Shown: positions 29,218 through 39,173, counted from the first letter of the stretch. The stretch: 64,000 bases of DNA from a virus (IMGVR_UViG_3300017650_000009), one strand, 5' to 3'. A program made the numbers and translations. Notes: generated from the sequence alone by a model not told the origin.

Positions 29218-30432
29218 ATGTCTAAGGGTAAGAACACGACTTCCAAGATGGACACGACGAAGCTGAAGCCATCGGAAGCTTCGGTTGCTATTAAGCACAT
29301 GATTCAGGTCAACATCGAAAATGCCAAGGCCGGCAAAGACCGTCGCGGTCTCTTCCTCTGGGGTCCTCCAGGTATTGCAAAGTCGTCGATCATTCGACAG
29401 ATTGCAAAGTCTCTTAACTACAAGCTCATCGACATTCGTCTCACGCAGATGGAACCGACTGACCTTCGCGGCATTCCCGTGCCGATCAAGCAGGAAGACG
29501 GCGAAGTGGTCGTTAACTGGGCTATCCCTGCAATGCTTCCACGCCGTGATCCAGGTCTCAAGACCGGCACAATCCTCAAGGATGTTCGTGAACGTCGCGA
29601 CGAAAACGATCTGCATTATGATGGTGCAATCATCCTTCTGGACGAACTTCCAAACGCTGCTCCTTCGGTTCAGGCCGGTTCTTACCAGCTCGTCCTCGAC
29701 GGCGCCCTCGGTGAATATGTTGCACCGTCCAACGTTGTGATCATGGCTGCGGGTAACCGCGAGACGGACAAGGGCTCGACCTTCAAGATGCCGACTCCGC
29801 TTATGAATCGCTTCACGCATATTGAAGTTGAGCCAAACTTCGAAGATTGGCAGACGTATGCGCTTACGGCGAACTTCAACAAGGACGTCATCGGCTACCT
29901 CACTGCATTCAAGCACGAACTGTTCGACTTCGATCCTGCAAGCGCATCGCGTGGCTTTGCTACTCCGCGTTCCTGGGAAGCTGTTTCGGATATCATCCGT
30001 GATGGTGCACAGTTGCCGGAAATGGTCAAGATGTCGCTCATCGGCGGCGCAATCGGCGACGGCATTGCGGTCAAGTTCCTGAGCTATCAGAAGCTTGCAA
30101 GCCAGCTGCCAAATCCATCGGATATTCTCGATGGCAAGGTAACCACGCTTAACAGCAAGGATATCTCGCTTATGTACGCTCTGACCACGGCAATGTGCTA
30201 TGAGCTGCGCGACCGCTTCGATGAAACGAAGCAGGACAAGACCAAGAAGAAGGCTTTCGATTCGTCCTTCGATAACTTCCTGGGCTTTATGATGGATCAG
30301 TTCCAGCCGGAAATCGTGATCATGGGAGCACGTACGGCACTTTCGGTCTTCAAGCTCAAGCTGGACCCATCGTCCATGAAGAACTTTGAAAAGTTCGCTG
30401 ATACATATCAGGATCTCATCCTCGGTGCCTAA
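29218..30432 (+). CDS. MoxR-like AAA+ ATPase
   Basis: WGPPGIAKS, DIRL..EPTDLRGIP, LLDEL, AAGNR, PLMNRF, TPRSW; AAGGAG RBS; TTGAC promoters at 29012 and 29116. Confidence 0.9.
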   Translation: MSKGKNTTSKMDTTKLKPSEASVAIKHMIQVNIENAKAGKDRRGLFLWGPPGIAKSSIIRQIAKSLNYKLIDIRLTQMEPTDLRGIPVPIKQEDGEVVVNWAIPAMLPRRDPGLKTGTILKDVRERRDENDLHYDGAIILLDELPNAAPSVQAGSYQLVLDGALGEYVAPSNVVIMAAGNRETDKGSTFKMPTPLMNRFTHIEVEPNFEDWQTYALTANFNKDVIGYLTAFKHELFDFDPASASRGFATPRSWEAVSDIIRDGAQLPEMVKMSLIGGAIGDGIAVKFLSYQKLASQLPNPSDILDGKVTTLNSKDISLMYALTTAMCYELRDRFDETKQDKTKKKAFDSSFDNFLGFMMDQFQPEIVIMGARTALSVFKLKLDPSSMKNFEKFADTYQDLILGA

Positions 30433-30452
30433 CGTCGGAATGAGGTAATGCG

Positions 30453-30480
30453 AAGGGCGGAGTAAAATCCGCCCTTTTTT
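30453..30480 (+). terminator. Intrinsic terminator
   Basis: AAGGGCGGA-GTAAAA-TCCGCCCTT plus T-run. Confidence 0.85.
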
Positions 30481-30514
30481 CTTAAAGTTGGGCACAAAAA
30501 TTCCGCTTTACTAG

Positions 30515-30542
30515 TTGACACTGGACAGTCCATTGCTATACT
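30515..30542 (+). promoter_or_regulatory. Sigma70-type promoter
   Basis: TTGACA-N16-TATACT. Confidence 0.7.
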
Positions 30543-30588
30543 AGTGAGTATCCGTCCAACAAGGATCGGACACGTTAAGGAGAAGTTA

Positions 30589-31854
30589 ATGGTTAGTATC
30601 AATGATCCGATTGTAAAGGCAATCACGACCGCTCGCGTCGGCTTGCTATTCAATTCGCCGTTTTTCGGCAATCTCGCAACGCGAATGCAGCTGGTCGATG
30701 CCAGCAAGTGGTGCAAAACGGCCGCAACGGATGGCCGGCATTTCTACTACAATCGCGAATTCATCAAGTCGCTTACGCAGAACGAACTGACATTCTTGCT
30801 CGGTCATGAAGTCCTGCATTGCGTTTATGACCATCTTGGTCGTAAGGGTGGCCGCGATAAGAAGCTTTGGAACATGGCGAACGACTATATCGTCAACTAT
30901 ACGCTGGTCAAGGAAAAGCTCGGCGACATGCCGAAGGGTGGCTTGTTCGATGAAAAGTACAACGACTCGATGACGTCGGAAGAAATTTATCGTATGCTGG
31001 AACAGAACAGCACCAAGATCCAGATGACGCTGGACGAACACCTGGACCTCGACGGTTCGGATGGTAACGGCGATAGCGACGGCAACGGTTCAGGCAAGAC
31101 CGTAACGGTTACTGTTATGGGTGACGAAAACGGTCCTCCGCAGCTTACTGAAGAAGATAAGCAGCAGATTCGCAACGAACTGAAGGCAGCGGTTATCTCC
31201 GCGGCACAGGCTTCTCCAGCAGGCAAGGTCCCGGCTGGTGTGCGTCGAATGATTGACGAGTTCACAACTCCGATCATGGATTGGCGCGCAATGCTCGAAG
31301 CACATATTCAGTCCAGCATCAAGGACGACTTCACGTTCAATCGTCCATCGCGTCGTAGCTGGTCGCCAGATGGTGAAACCCTCGCAAGCGTTATTATGCC
31401 GGGTCAGAACTTCAAGGACACGGTTTCGGTTGCAATTTCCATCGATACGTCTGGCTCGATGACTGACGAAATGCTGCGCGACTTCCTGTCGGAAGTTAAG
31501 GGCATTATGGATACGTTCGATGATTTCGAGCTGTGGCTGTGGACGTTCGATACGCGGGTTTATAACCCGAAGAAGTTTACGCCAAACAACTTGGACGAGA
31601 TTTACTCGTATGATCCAAAGGGCGGCGGCGGCACCCTGTTCGAGTGCAACTGGGAGTTCATGCGTGAACCACTTAGTGTGGATCCGGAAATCGAAGTTGA
31701 TGAGCTTATCCCGAACAAGTTCGTTATGTTTACGGACGGTTATCCTGGCGGTAGCTGGGGTGAAGAAGAATGGTGCGACACGTTGTTCATCATTCACGGT
31801 AACACTGAAATCGTGTCTCCGTTCGGTATGACTGCATATTACCAGAAGTCCTAA
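30589..31854 (+). CDS. HExxH metallopeptidase-like + vWA protein (DUF2201 type), MoxR partner
   Basis: TAATDG, HEVLH, IDTSGSM (MIDAS), GGGGT, FTDG. Confidence 0.88.
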   Translation: MVSINDPIVKAITTARVGLLFNSPFFGNLATRMQLVDASKWCKTAATDGRHFYYNREFIKSLTQNELTFLLGHEVLHCVYDHLGRKGGRDKKLWNMANDYIVNYTLVKEKLGDMPKGGLFDEKYNDSMTSEEIYRMLEQNSTKIQMTLDEHLDLDGSDGNGDSDGNGSGKTVTVTVMGDENGPPQLTEEDKQQIRNELKAAVISAAQASPAGKVPAGVRRMIDEFTTPIMDWRAMLEAHIQSSIKDDFTFNRPSRRSWSPDGETLASVIMPGQNFKDTVSVAISIDTSGSMTDEMLRDFLSEVKGIMDTFDDFELWLWTFDTRVYNPKKFTPNNLDEIYSYDPKGGGGTLFECNWEFMREPLSVDPEIEVDELIPNKFVMFTDGYPGGSWGEEEWCDTLFIIHGNTEIVSPFGMTAYYQKS

Positions 31855-31876
31855 CTTCTCCGCTGGTAATATACAA

Positions 31877-31901
31877 ACTGGCCGCCTAGTGCGGCCAGTT
31901 C
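31877..31901 (+). terminator. Stem-loop terminator
   Basis: AACTGGCCGC-CTAGT-GCGGCCAGTT. Confidence 0.65.
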
Positions 31902-32007
31902 CATTTGTCCTCACGTAAGGACGATATGTCTTTGGTCCCCCATGATAGTGTTATTTTAAATTGACACCCAGTTACCCACGAAGCTAGATTGGGGTTAGAG
32001 GTGTTTA

Positions 32008-32322
32008 ATGCTTAATAAAGAAATCAAATTTACGGGTCTTCCAGCTATGAGTGTAAGCAAGCTTGGTACTGCAAACGCAGGAATCACACAAACAATTACA
32101 CCGGAATGGGCACGGTTGGAATTCCAAGTGGACACAAGCCGAACAACTTTGGATAAAGTAAACGCTTGGCTCCGTCAGGAAACCACAAAGATGTGGTCCA
32201 TATATAAGTATCATGATCCTGCCAATCACAGCAAATACAATGTCGTAATTCGTTTTGAAGAGAAAAACGACGCTGTTCTATTCAAGCTATCCGGCGTGTA
32301 TGATACACCAAATGACAATTAA
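32008..32322 (+). CDS. Hypothetical protein, F-x4-DAxxFKL family
   Basis: FEEKNDAVLFKL; promoter TTGACA at 31961. Confidence 0.65.
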   Translation: MLNKEIKFTGLPAMSVSKLGTANAGITQTITPEWARLEFQVDTSRTTLDKVNAWLRQETTKMWSIYKYHDPANHSKYNVVIRFEEKNDAVLFKLSGVYDTPNDN

Positions 32323-32785
32323 GTATCGAATTTCATCCAGTCTCGTCGACTGCTACCGAGCGTTAAGCCTAACACGTGGCATTGATCAATATTATCCAGA
32401 TTTCGAGGAATGGTATTGGAACAAGGTAGTACCTAATGTAAGCCTCGGAGAATCAGCACTTATTCTTGCTGAGTATCAAGATGAGCTAGTGGGCGTCTCG
32501 ATGGTCAAATCGGGCGACGAACCAAAGATTCGTTGTTTGCGTGTTCATCAAACCTATGCAGGTCGAGGCATCGGAATACATTTGATTGATCAGAGTCTTC
32601 AATATCTAGATCATGATTCTCCAGCAGTTACGGTACCCGAGGAAAAGATTCATGATCTTTCTCGTATCCTCGTTAACCGATTTGATTTCAACTTGTCCTA
32701 TGTCGATCGTGGGGTTTATCGCCCCGGAAAGCTAGAATATCAATTCAACACACAAGCCGATATGCGTTTAAAAACAACATACTAG
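32312..32785 (+). CDS. GNAT acetyltransferase
   Basis: KIRCLRVHQTYAGRGIG acetyl-CoA motif; YPDF..W..KV. Confidence 0.75.
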   Translation: MTIKYRISSSLVDCYRALSLTRGIDQYYPDFEEWYWNKVVPNVSLGESALILAEYQDELVGVSMVKSGDEPKIRCLRVHQTYAGRGIGIHLIDQSLQYLDHDSPAVTVPEEKIHDLSRILVNRFDFNLSYVDRGVYRPGKLEYQFNTQADMRLKTTY

Positions 32786-32875
32786 CTTCACATAAATAGT
32801 TGACAATGTAACGGATTCGCGTATGCTTGTTATGTGCTAGGCATTCCGTTAACCCCATGTAGATGGAGGTCAACT

Positions 32876-33148
32876 ATGGAAGCCATTGAACTCGCCAGAC
32901 CAACCCCAAATAGGGAGGGTTTTAGAGTCGACCTTGACACAGGGACTGAGAATCCAAACAGGTTAAATCTGTTTGAATCTTGGATAACATTATGGTGTCA
33001 AAGAAACTGCTCCGGTGAATGGAGCGTCGAGCAGATCGAAGATCGCACAAAGAAGTATCAATTTGTTTTGTGCTTTTCTGACTCGAAGGAGGCAGTCCAT
33101 TTTAAACTGGTAGCACCTCGACTTCACGTAAAAGAAGCAACTCACTAA
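32876..33148 (+). CDS. Hypothetical protein, F-x4-DAxxFKL family
   Basis: GGAGG RBS; WCQRNCSGEW..FSDSKEAVHFKL. Confidence 0.65.
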   Translation: MEAIELARPTPNREGFRVDLDTGTENPNRLNLFESWITLWCQRNCSGEWSVEQIEDRTKKYQFVLCFSDSKEAVHFKLVAPRLHVKEATH

Positions 33149-33152
33149 CAAA

Positions 33153-33229
33153 AAAGCTGGAGTTACTAGTTGACTCCAGCTTTCCTATCTGTTATGGTTC
33201 GACAAAGGATCGAACATAAGGTAGGAAAA
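33153..33229 (+). promoter_or_regulatory. Terminator-like hairpin, sigma70-type promoter and RBS-sequestering hairpin upstream of RNA ligase
   Basis: AAAGCTGGAGT/ACTCCAGCTTT stem; TTGACT-N17-TATGGT; TTTCCTATCT..GTTCGA pairs with TCGAAC..AGGTAGGAAA. Confidence 0.6.
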
Positions 33230-33230
33230 A

Positions 33231-34451
33231 ATGACATTTCATTTCCCAAAGCTTGCAACAGTTGAACCATTGCTTGCAGCTATCATTGATATGCCAGAGA
33301 TCAACGTAAACGAGGATCATGAGAACGGTCTCGGCGTTGTCATGTATAACGTGGCATTTGAGGAAACCTTCCTTAATCCATTTGCGACGGATGATCCTGC
33401 AGAACGTGCACGACGTATTCTTCTACGTGAAGCGCGTGGCATCAAGTTTGATCTCAAGACTAAGCGCATTGTTTCTCGTCCATATCACAAGTTCTTTAAT
33501 GTGAATGAACGCGATGAAACTCAAGCGCATGTAATTGATTGGACTCAGCCACATATCATCTTGGAGAAACTGGATGGTTCCATGCTTACGCCATATGTAA
33601 GTCCATCTGGTGAAATCAAGTGGATGACTAAGCGTGGTGTAACAGAAGTTGCAAACAATGCATTGGACTTCTTCCACAAGCACCCACACTACGAGGATTT
33701 CTGCCGTCGTATGTTCAACAAGAATTTGACGCCGATCTTCGAATGGTGTACTCGCCGCCAGCGGATCATCGTCGATTATGGTCCAACTGACCGTATGGTT
33801 CTTACTGCGATTCGCGACAACGTTTCCGGCGATTATTTCCGCTACGATGATATGGTTGGCATCGCACGAGACAACAATCTGGATTATGTTCGGAAGTTGG
33901 ACTTCACTGTAACCAACGTAAACGAATTTCTTCAGCAGACTCGAGAAATCGAAGGTGAAGAAGGTTACATCGTTCGGTTCGATACCGGTCACATGTATAA
34001 GGTTAAGGGCGAGTGGTATTGCCGCTTGCATAAGACTTTTGACGCGCTCCGTTTCGAGAAGGACATTATCCGTTTGATTCTCGAGGGTCAGCTGGATGAC
34101 TTGCGTCCGTTTTTGATTCCAACGATGTTGTCGGCAGTTGATCTGTTCGCACATGACATTCGCGTTGGGTTGCGTTCAAATGCACTAGCTATCGTCGATT
34201 ACGCAAATAAGTATCGAGGAAACACTACGAAGTTTGATTTCGTCAAGCTAGTACAAGCCGATGCACAGATGCAGCCGTTCAACACCCATGTGTTCCGTGC
34301 GTTTGATCGCGATTTGAATGTGGATGAAGTTTTTGAACAGCTTGTGTTTAATGTGTTGAAGAAGTCTCATACGCAGACACAAGTTGACGAAATTCGATTC
34401 TTGTTCGGCGGAAAGAATTGGTATGACTACACTAGTATGCCAACAGAATAA
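33231..34451 (+). CDS. RNA ligase 1 (T4 Rnl1-like)
   Basis: EARGIKF, RPYHKFFN, EKLDGS, TPIFE, EGYIVRF, KVKGEWY. Confidence 0.9.
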   Translation: MTFHFPKLATVEPLLAAIIDMPEINVNEDHENGLGVVMYNVAFEETFLNPFATDDPAERARRILLREARGIKFDLKTKRIVSRPYHKFFNVNERDETQAHVIDWTQPHIILEKLDGSMLTPYVSPSGEIKWMTKRGVTEVANNALDFFHKHPHYEDFCRRMFNKNLTPIFEWCTRRQRIIVDYGPTDRMVLTAIRDNVSGDYFRYDDMVGIARDNNLDYVRKLDFTVTNVNEFLQQTREIEGEEGYIVRFDTGHMYKVKGEWYCRLHKTFDALRFEKDIIRLILEGQLDDLRPFLIPTMLSAVDLFAHDIRVGLRSNALAIVDYANKYRGNTTKFDFVKLVQADAQMQPFNTHVFRAFDRDLNVDEVFEQLVFNVLKKSHTQTQVDEIRFLFGGKNWYDYTSMPTE

Positions 34452-35277
34452 ACCATTATGGATATTGGAGCGGGCTAAGAAGTCCACTCCAATTCCATTC
34501 CGTGATTCATTAGTATCACTGGAACAAGCTCTAGTAAATGCAGGCATACCTTATGAGTTCGCCCATCGTCCATTAATGGAACAATACACTGTGATTTCCG
34601 ATCATGCACGGTCGTATGAGGGACCAGTCATAGTTTATGGTTCTCTTCATTTTATCCGAGACATAAAGGGTGTTGCCTTTTATCCGGGAGCATTTGGATA
34701 CATGGGTACTGATTATTTTAATGTCATTTCCCATGTACCACGCGAGTGGCTCGTCAATAGTGATTTCAATATCACGACTTTCGGAGAGTTTAAGCGGAAT
34801 TTTGAATATTGGTTCAGAATATTAGGCACTGAAGAATTGTTTGTTCGCCCAGTATCGGATAAGAAAATATTCTCCGGTGATACAATTGATCTTGATTCAG
34901 TACGCAATAATGAATCACTATTTCATTACAATGAGGTAGCTCCCGAAACACCCATTATCGTCGCTCGATATCAAATGATTGAAAACGAATATAGATATGT
35001 AATATGCGATCGTAAAGTGGTTGCCCGATCAAACAGCATTTACCTGTTCAAGCTAAACGAAAATGAAATAGAAGAATGCGATGCATTCGCCGAAAAGGTA
35101 GCAGCTCTTGACTGGCAACCGGATACTTGCTATGTCGTAGATATCGGCTATACTTTAAATGGCGCGGCTATTGTTGAGTATAATTCATTTTGTTCAGCAG
35201 GACTATATGGGGCAAATGCAGAAAAAATCGTTGAAGCACTATCTAATAAAGCGATTCAGCTTTATTACGAAGTCTGA
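34423..35277 (+). CDS. ATP-grasp protein (DUF4343/R2K-like)
   Basis: LFVRP..KIFSG, EYRYVI, YVVDIG..IVEYNSFCSAGLY. Confidence 0.75.
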   Translation: MTTLVCQQNKPLWILERAKKSTPIPFRDSLVSLEQALVNAGIPYEFAHRPLMEQYTVISDHARSYEGPVIVYGSLHFIRDIKGVAFYPGAFGYMGTDYFNVISHVPREWLVNSDFNITTFGEFKRNFEYWFRILGTEELFVRPVSDKKIFSGDTIDLDSVRNNESLFHYNEVAPETPIIVARYQMIENEYRYVICDRKVVARSNSIYLFKLNENEIEECDAFAEKVAALDWQPDTCYVVDIGYTLNGAAIVEYNSFCSAGLYGANAEKIVEALSNKAIQLYYEV

Positions 35278-35665
35278 TGGGCTGTGGCTAAGATACTGGG
35301 AACGCAACTCATTGGGTCCGTTGCGACTCCGCAATGGCGAGTTAATCGGCCAAACCCTTCAATGCGATGATTTCCATTTGCGTGTCTCAAAAAGTTTCTG
35401 GGGTTTATTTCGTAAACCCACATATCCGGTTCGTTTACCCGATGATATGAAATTCCTTATCGATCATGAGAAATCCGATCTGTTCAAACGAGGATGGTCA
35501 TTTCGCGAATACACGAAAAACCTCAAAGACGTTGTGCAACTTGACGCCCACCTCTATACGAACGAGATGATAATCATGTATGATGATTTTGCTGATTATA
35601 AAGATGAATTCATACTAACATTCGGTAATAGTCATGATGCGGTGCAAGCAAAGCTAACCATATGA
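35207..35665 (+). CDS. Hypothetical protein, F-x4-DAxxFKL family
   Basis: Ends FGNSHDAVQAKL; start uncertain. Confidence 0.55.
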   Translation: MGQMQKKSLKHYLIKRFSFITKSDGLWLRYWERNSLGPLRLRNGELIGQTLQCDDFHLRVSKSFWGLFRKPTYPVRLPDDMKFLIDHEKSDLFKRGWSFREYTKNLKDVVQLDAHLYTNEMIIMYDDFADYKDEFILTFGNSHDAVQAKLTI

Positions 35666-36135
35666 TAAAATTCATCAAATCGTTCCGTGAAAGACGCAGG
35701 TCCCCATATATTCATTACCGTTTTGATATGGAACACGTGAATATCGAGTTGATCGAACGACAAGGATATTTCTATGATTGGGTTTCTGATTTGGAAATAC
35801 AGATCGATGATCTCAATTTCATTGAGTGGCTCAACAATAATATAAAGGGCAAATACAGCATTCAATTCAATGGTTACCATGGCAGTCAGTTCATAAGAAT
35901 GATGAGTGCACTTTGGGGTAATGGAAAGTTGGCCCCGGATGATCGAAATATGGTAATATCATTTGGCATGGAACAAGATGCAATACTTTTTCGTTTGACA
36001 TTCAACAATGCAAGGTCAGTTAACTATCCAACTGGTCTTGATTCGGACTTGGTTGACACGATTAAGAAAAAGCAATATATGCTAGGACAGAAGGATTCTA
36101 TCCGAGCAAAAAGGAGAAATAAATGGAAATTCTAG
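35662..36135 (+). CDS. Hypothetical protein, F-x4-DAxxFKL family
   Basis: WLNNNIKGKY..FGMEQDAILFRL. Confidence 0.6.
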   Translation: MIKFIKSFRERRRSPYIHYRFDMEHVNIELIERQGYFYDWVSDLEIQIDDLNFIEWLNNNIKGKYSIQFNGYHGSQFIRMMSALWGNGKLAPDDRNMVISFGMEQDAILFRLTFNNARSVNYPTGLDSDLVDTIKKKQYMLGQKDSIRAKRRNKWKF

Positions 36136-36707
36136 CAGGTCTTAGCGTGGCAACGCTGGGTATTATTGGAGCGATTGTTGTTGCTCTTCTCATTACGTTT
36201 TTCATCGGACGGTCCTACGCTGGTTTCATTGTTGTATCGGCGATTGCGCTAATCCTGAGCCAGTGGACCACAGTGCCGATTATCACTATTCTCTATGAGA
36301 ATTTGTTTACAACGATCAAATATGGCGTCGGCTATATATTGCTGGGCATTCTCTGGACCCTAGTTGCGTGGTACATTCTCGTGCACAAACATGCCGCTCG
36401 GTATGCTGATATTCGAGCAAAGCTTTTGCCAGAATTTCTCAATGCGGTTCATGCGCAGTCATTGACCCCAGATTTGTTCGAGGCGTTCCGACAGTACGTC
36501 TATAAGAACGGTCATATTTCGGCAAAGTATCAAAGTCCTTCAACGGGGCTGATGGTCAGCAACATTTTGTTCTGGCCGTTCGCGATCATTGAGTTTGTTC
36601 TCGGTGATGCTCTCATGGCGCTTGCCCGTGCGATTCGAGGACTGTTCGGCAATGTGTACCAGCGTATTCATCGCCATGCATTTCGAAAGTTTGATGAAAT
36701 CGCATGA
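36123..36707 (+). CDS. Membrane protein
   Basis: AAGGAG RBS; several hydrophobic helices; ILFWPF. Confidence 0.7.
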   Translation: MEILAGLSVATLGIIGAIVVALLITFFIGRSYAGFIVVSAIALILSQWTTVPIITILYENLFTTIKYGVGYILLGILWTLVAWYILVHKHAARYADIRAKLLPEFLNAVHAQSLTPDLFEAFRQYVYKNGHISAKYQSPSTGLMVSNILFWPFAIIEFVLGDALMALARAIRGLFGNVYQRIHRHAFRKFDEIA

Positions 36708-37135
36708 AAGAGCCCAACTGTGTAGTTTATTGCTCATATGCAAGGGGAGTCACCTACGAGGGTGACTTTCCTTCGTTTAATGAGAAACTTTATGATAAAT
36801 TCAAGTTGTTGGGGGTTCAGTTCTATTCAGAAAACAATCTTGATGTCGTACGTACGGCTGAAGGACGTATAGTCCCTTATATCGTAGAAATCCATCCGTA
36901 TTCGAATGTGGTGTCGTTAGTTGGTACAGAAAGTAACTTACCAAGTTCATATCATACCGAGTTTTCATCATTTGGAAGGCCTCACTTGGTGGCAATATCC
37001 GAATGTATTAGCGGTGGTACAATCATATTCGGTATTGATCATCCATCATACTCGACTGAATATTGGATTGTTCGTCCAAATAGCATCGAACCCGTAAACA
37101 TTATTGATGCCATCATAACGGCCAAAAACCTATAA
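36704..37135 (+). CDS. Hypothetical protein
   Basis: ATGA overlap. Confidence 0.55.
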   Translation: MKEPNCVVYCSYARGVTYEGDFPSFNEKLYDKFKLLGVQFYSENNLDVVRTAEGRIVPYIVEIHPYSNVVSLVGTESNLPSSYHTEFSSFGRPHLVAISECISGGTIIFGIDHPSYSTEYWIVRPNSIEPVNIIDAIITAKNL

Positions 37136-37192
37136 TATTGACTTTTGGGGTCCTCTAGTTGTATCTTAAAAAGAAAAGACTAGAGGACTATC

Positions 37193-37648
37193 ATGCCTGC
37201 AACCTTTATCCCACAAGTCGGCAAACAATACGAATTAACGGCCGAATGGACAACAGATCTTTCGTGGGCCAAGCGCAATCTCGTACTCCTACGGAATCTC
37301 AAATATACTGGAAAGAAAGCCCAACTAGTGGGCAAATATTATGTCTATAATAAGACAACTGGTCAAATTGATTATGACGAAAATGGTAAAGCAATAGTTG
37401 AAGAACGCTTTATTAATAAAACGGTACCCAACCCATTGTTCAAAGATGATGAAGGAAATATGGTTCCTGTTAGTGTGAGTTTCCCTAAGAACTCAGTTAT
37501 AGAGTTGACAAAATACCACACATCATATAACGGTTATATAAGTTTTGTTTGGCTCAAAGTCATCACATGCAGTGATAGCAGATTTACAGGTCGTTGCATT
37601 GAAGTGAATTTAGAGCAATTCAATGGAGTGGAGCTTAAGGAAATATGA
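37193..37648 (+). CDS. Hypothetical protein
   Basis: GAGGA RBS; own promoter TTGACT-N18-TATCTT at 37138. Confidence 0.65.
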   Translation: MPATFIPQVGKQYELTAEWTTDLSWAKRNLVLLRNLKYTGKKAQLVGKYYVYNKTTGQIDYDENGKAIVEERFINKTVPNPLFKDDEGNMVPVSVSFPKNSVIELTKYHTSYNGYISFVWLKVITCSDSRFTGRCIEVNLEQFNGVELKEI

Positions 37649-38064
37649 AATTCAGGGTTGAAAGTCGAGGCACCATAAAGGGTATCACACCCCGTGAGAA
37701 ACATGTCATCATTAGCATTAGCGATGATGTGGATATGCAACTCAATGATGTGGGCTCGGACACAACCCAAGATGTTCTTTTCCTTCATTTTCATGATACA
37801 AACGATTACAAACCGGGCTTCACTACCTTTAATGTAGATCATGCTGATAAGATATTGGATTTTTACCAGCGATACGTGGGTGAAACTGAAATGTTCATTG
37901 CCCATTGTTATGCAGGAATGTGTCGGAGTCCAGCTGTTATTGCAGCTTTACAGAAGATCAACATGGGCAATGATGATGTTTGGTTTAAAACCAAGCGTCC
38001 AAATAGTTTGGTTTATAACATTCTACTTATGCGCGCATATGAGCGTGGGATATATAAGATCTAA
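37645..38064 (+). CDS. Cys-based protein tyrosine/dual-specificity phosphatase-like
   Basis: LHFHD and HCYAGMCRS (CX5R), PN..VY. Confidence 0.85.
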   Translation: MKFRVESRGTIKGITPREKHVIISISDDVDMQLNDVGSDTTQDVLFLHFHDTNDYKPGFTTFNVDHADKILDFYQRYVGETEMFIAHCYAGMCRSPAVIAALQKINMGNDDVWFKTKRPNSLVYNILLMRAYERGIYKI

Positions 38065-38381
38065 TGGCCAGCATTCGAAACCGCATATATAAGACACTGC
38101 CATATTCATTCCGGGTTTGTCGCCGTGGCAAAAAGTCTGATTTTATCAATGTATTCAATCCGTATATTCAGTTTGATAATGTGATGACCAATTTATTTGG
38201 TACTCCATTTATCGTGCAATGTGCTTCACGGCTACGAGATGCAGAAATTTGGAATAGACGCTATCCCGACGCTGTATGGGTTCGTGTAGGTAATGAATAT
38301 TTCTTCAGAACAGAAGAATTGATGAACATAGCCAAGGCAACATTAATCCCGCCGTTTATTCTGACTAAAAGAAAATATTGA
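38064..38381 (+). CDS. Hypothetical protein
   Basis: TAATG coupling. Confidence 0.55.
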   Translation: MASIRNRIYKTLPYSFRVCRRGKKSDFINVFNPYIQFDNVMTNLFGTPFIVQCASRLRDAEIWNRRYPDAVWVRVGNEYFFRTEELMNIAKATLIPPFILTKRKY

Positions 38382-38412
38382 TTTTCTTTGTTTAAAAGTG
38401 TTAAATAGAAAC

Positions 38413-38499
38413 ATGAACACACATTATTAGCACCACCCAAGTCAAGCGCGTGATCCTCCTTTCGACTCACTCTATGAGATCGAAACAAAGGAGAAACAA
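38413..38499 (+). promoter_or_regulatory. Amber-interrupted leader ORF (MNTHY-amber-HHPSQARDPP...) with anti-SD hairpin
   Basis: ATG 38413, TAG 38428-38430, frame otherwise open into ATG 38500; CTCCT(38456-60) pairs with AGGAG(38489-93); TAAATA at 38402. Confidence 0.5.
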
Positions 38500-38802
38500 A
38501 TGAACACGATTATACTTGACACTGAAGACGATGACGACGATGATGATTTCCTTCTTGGAGATGATTATTGGGAAGATCTCGCTTTCCCCGAAAAAATCAA
38601 ACAACAATATGAAGGTTGGTATCTTTTAAAGATTGCAAACTTTACGCCCTCCATGCTAAAAGAAATTAGACAGTGGATGGTCGACAACTGTACTCGCGGA
38701 CAAGCCAAGGATGTCGGTTGGTATTCTGGTTGTGCATATAGCGTTGGTGTTGTTATTGAAAATCCAAAAGATGCAATGCTATTTCGGTTAAGGTGGAATT
38801 AA
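38500..38802 (+). CDS. Acidic hypothetical protein, F-x4-DAxxFKL family
   Basis: AAAGGAGA RBS; poly-Asp N-terminus; IENPKDAMLFRL. Confidence 0.7.
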   Translation: MNTIILDTEDDDDDDDFLLGDDYWEDLAFPEKIKQQYEGWYLLKIANFTPSMLKEIRQWMVDNCTRGQAKDVGWYSGCAYSVGVVIENPKDAMLFRLRWN

Positions 38803-39173
38803 TGACAGATTATCTTGCAACTGCAATTCTCCCAAATGAGACACGGGTTACTCTCATTGAGAGTCAAGATAATGTGATTAATTCAAAAATCATTGCAGAA
38901 ATCCATTTACATTTACCCTATCGGATACCACGCAAGGATCTAGAAATATCTAATATTGCAGCTCTTGAAGGGTTGTCAAAATTACAAGCAATATCTGAGC
39001 GTCAAGCACAAATTGAAGAATTTCTCAACTCGACTGGACCTTGTAGATTTTCAGATTCCACAAAGTCGGGTTTTGCGAATTTCAATAGCAAAGGTGTATG
39101 GGCTTATTTCATGGGCAACATATATACAAGGGATTTGAAAATAATTACCGGACTTAAATTGGTTTTCGGTTGA
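38802..39173 (+). CDS. Hypothetical protein
   Basis: TAATG coupling; ends LKLVFG. Confidence 0.55.
   Translation: MTDYLATAILPNETRVTLIESQDNVINSKIIAEIHLHLPYRIPRKDLEISNIAALEGLSKLQAISERQAQIEEFLNSTGPCRFSDSTKSGFANFNSKGVWAYFMGNIYTRDLKIITGLKLVFG

Noticed and set aside
29191-31914. Long antisense ORFs (434 aa and 274 aa) opposite MoxR/vWA
   Set aside because: Shadow frames expected from biased codon usage of the sense genes; no motifs or RBS.
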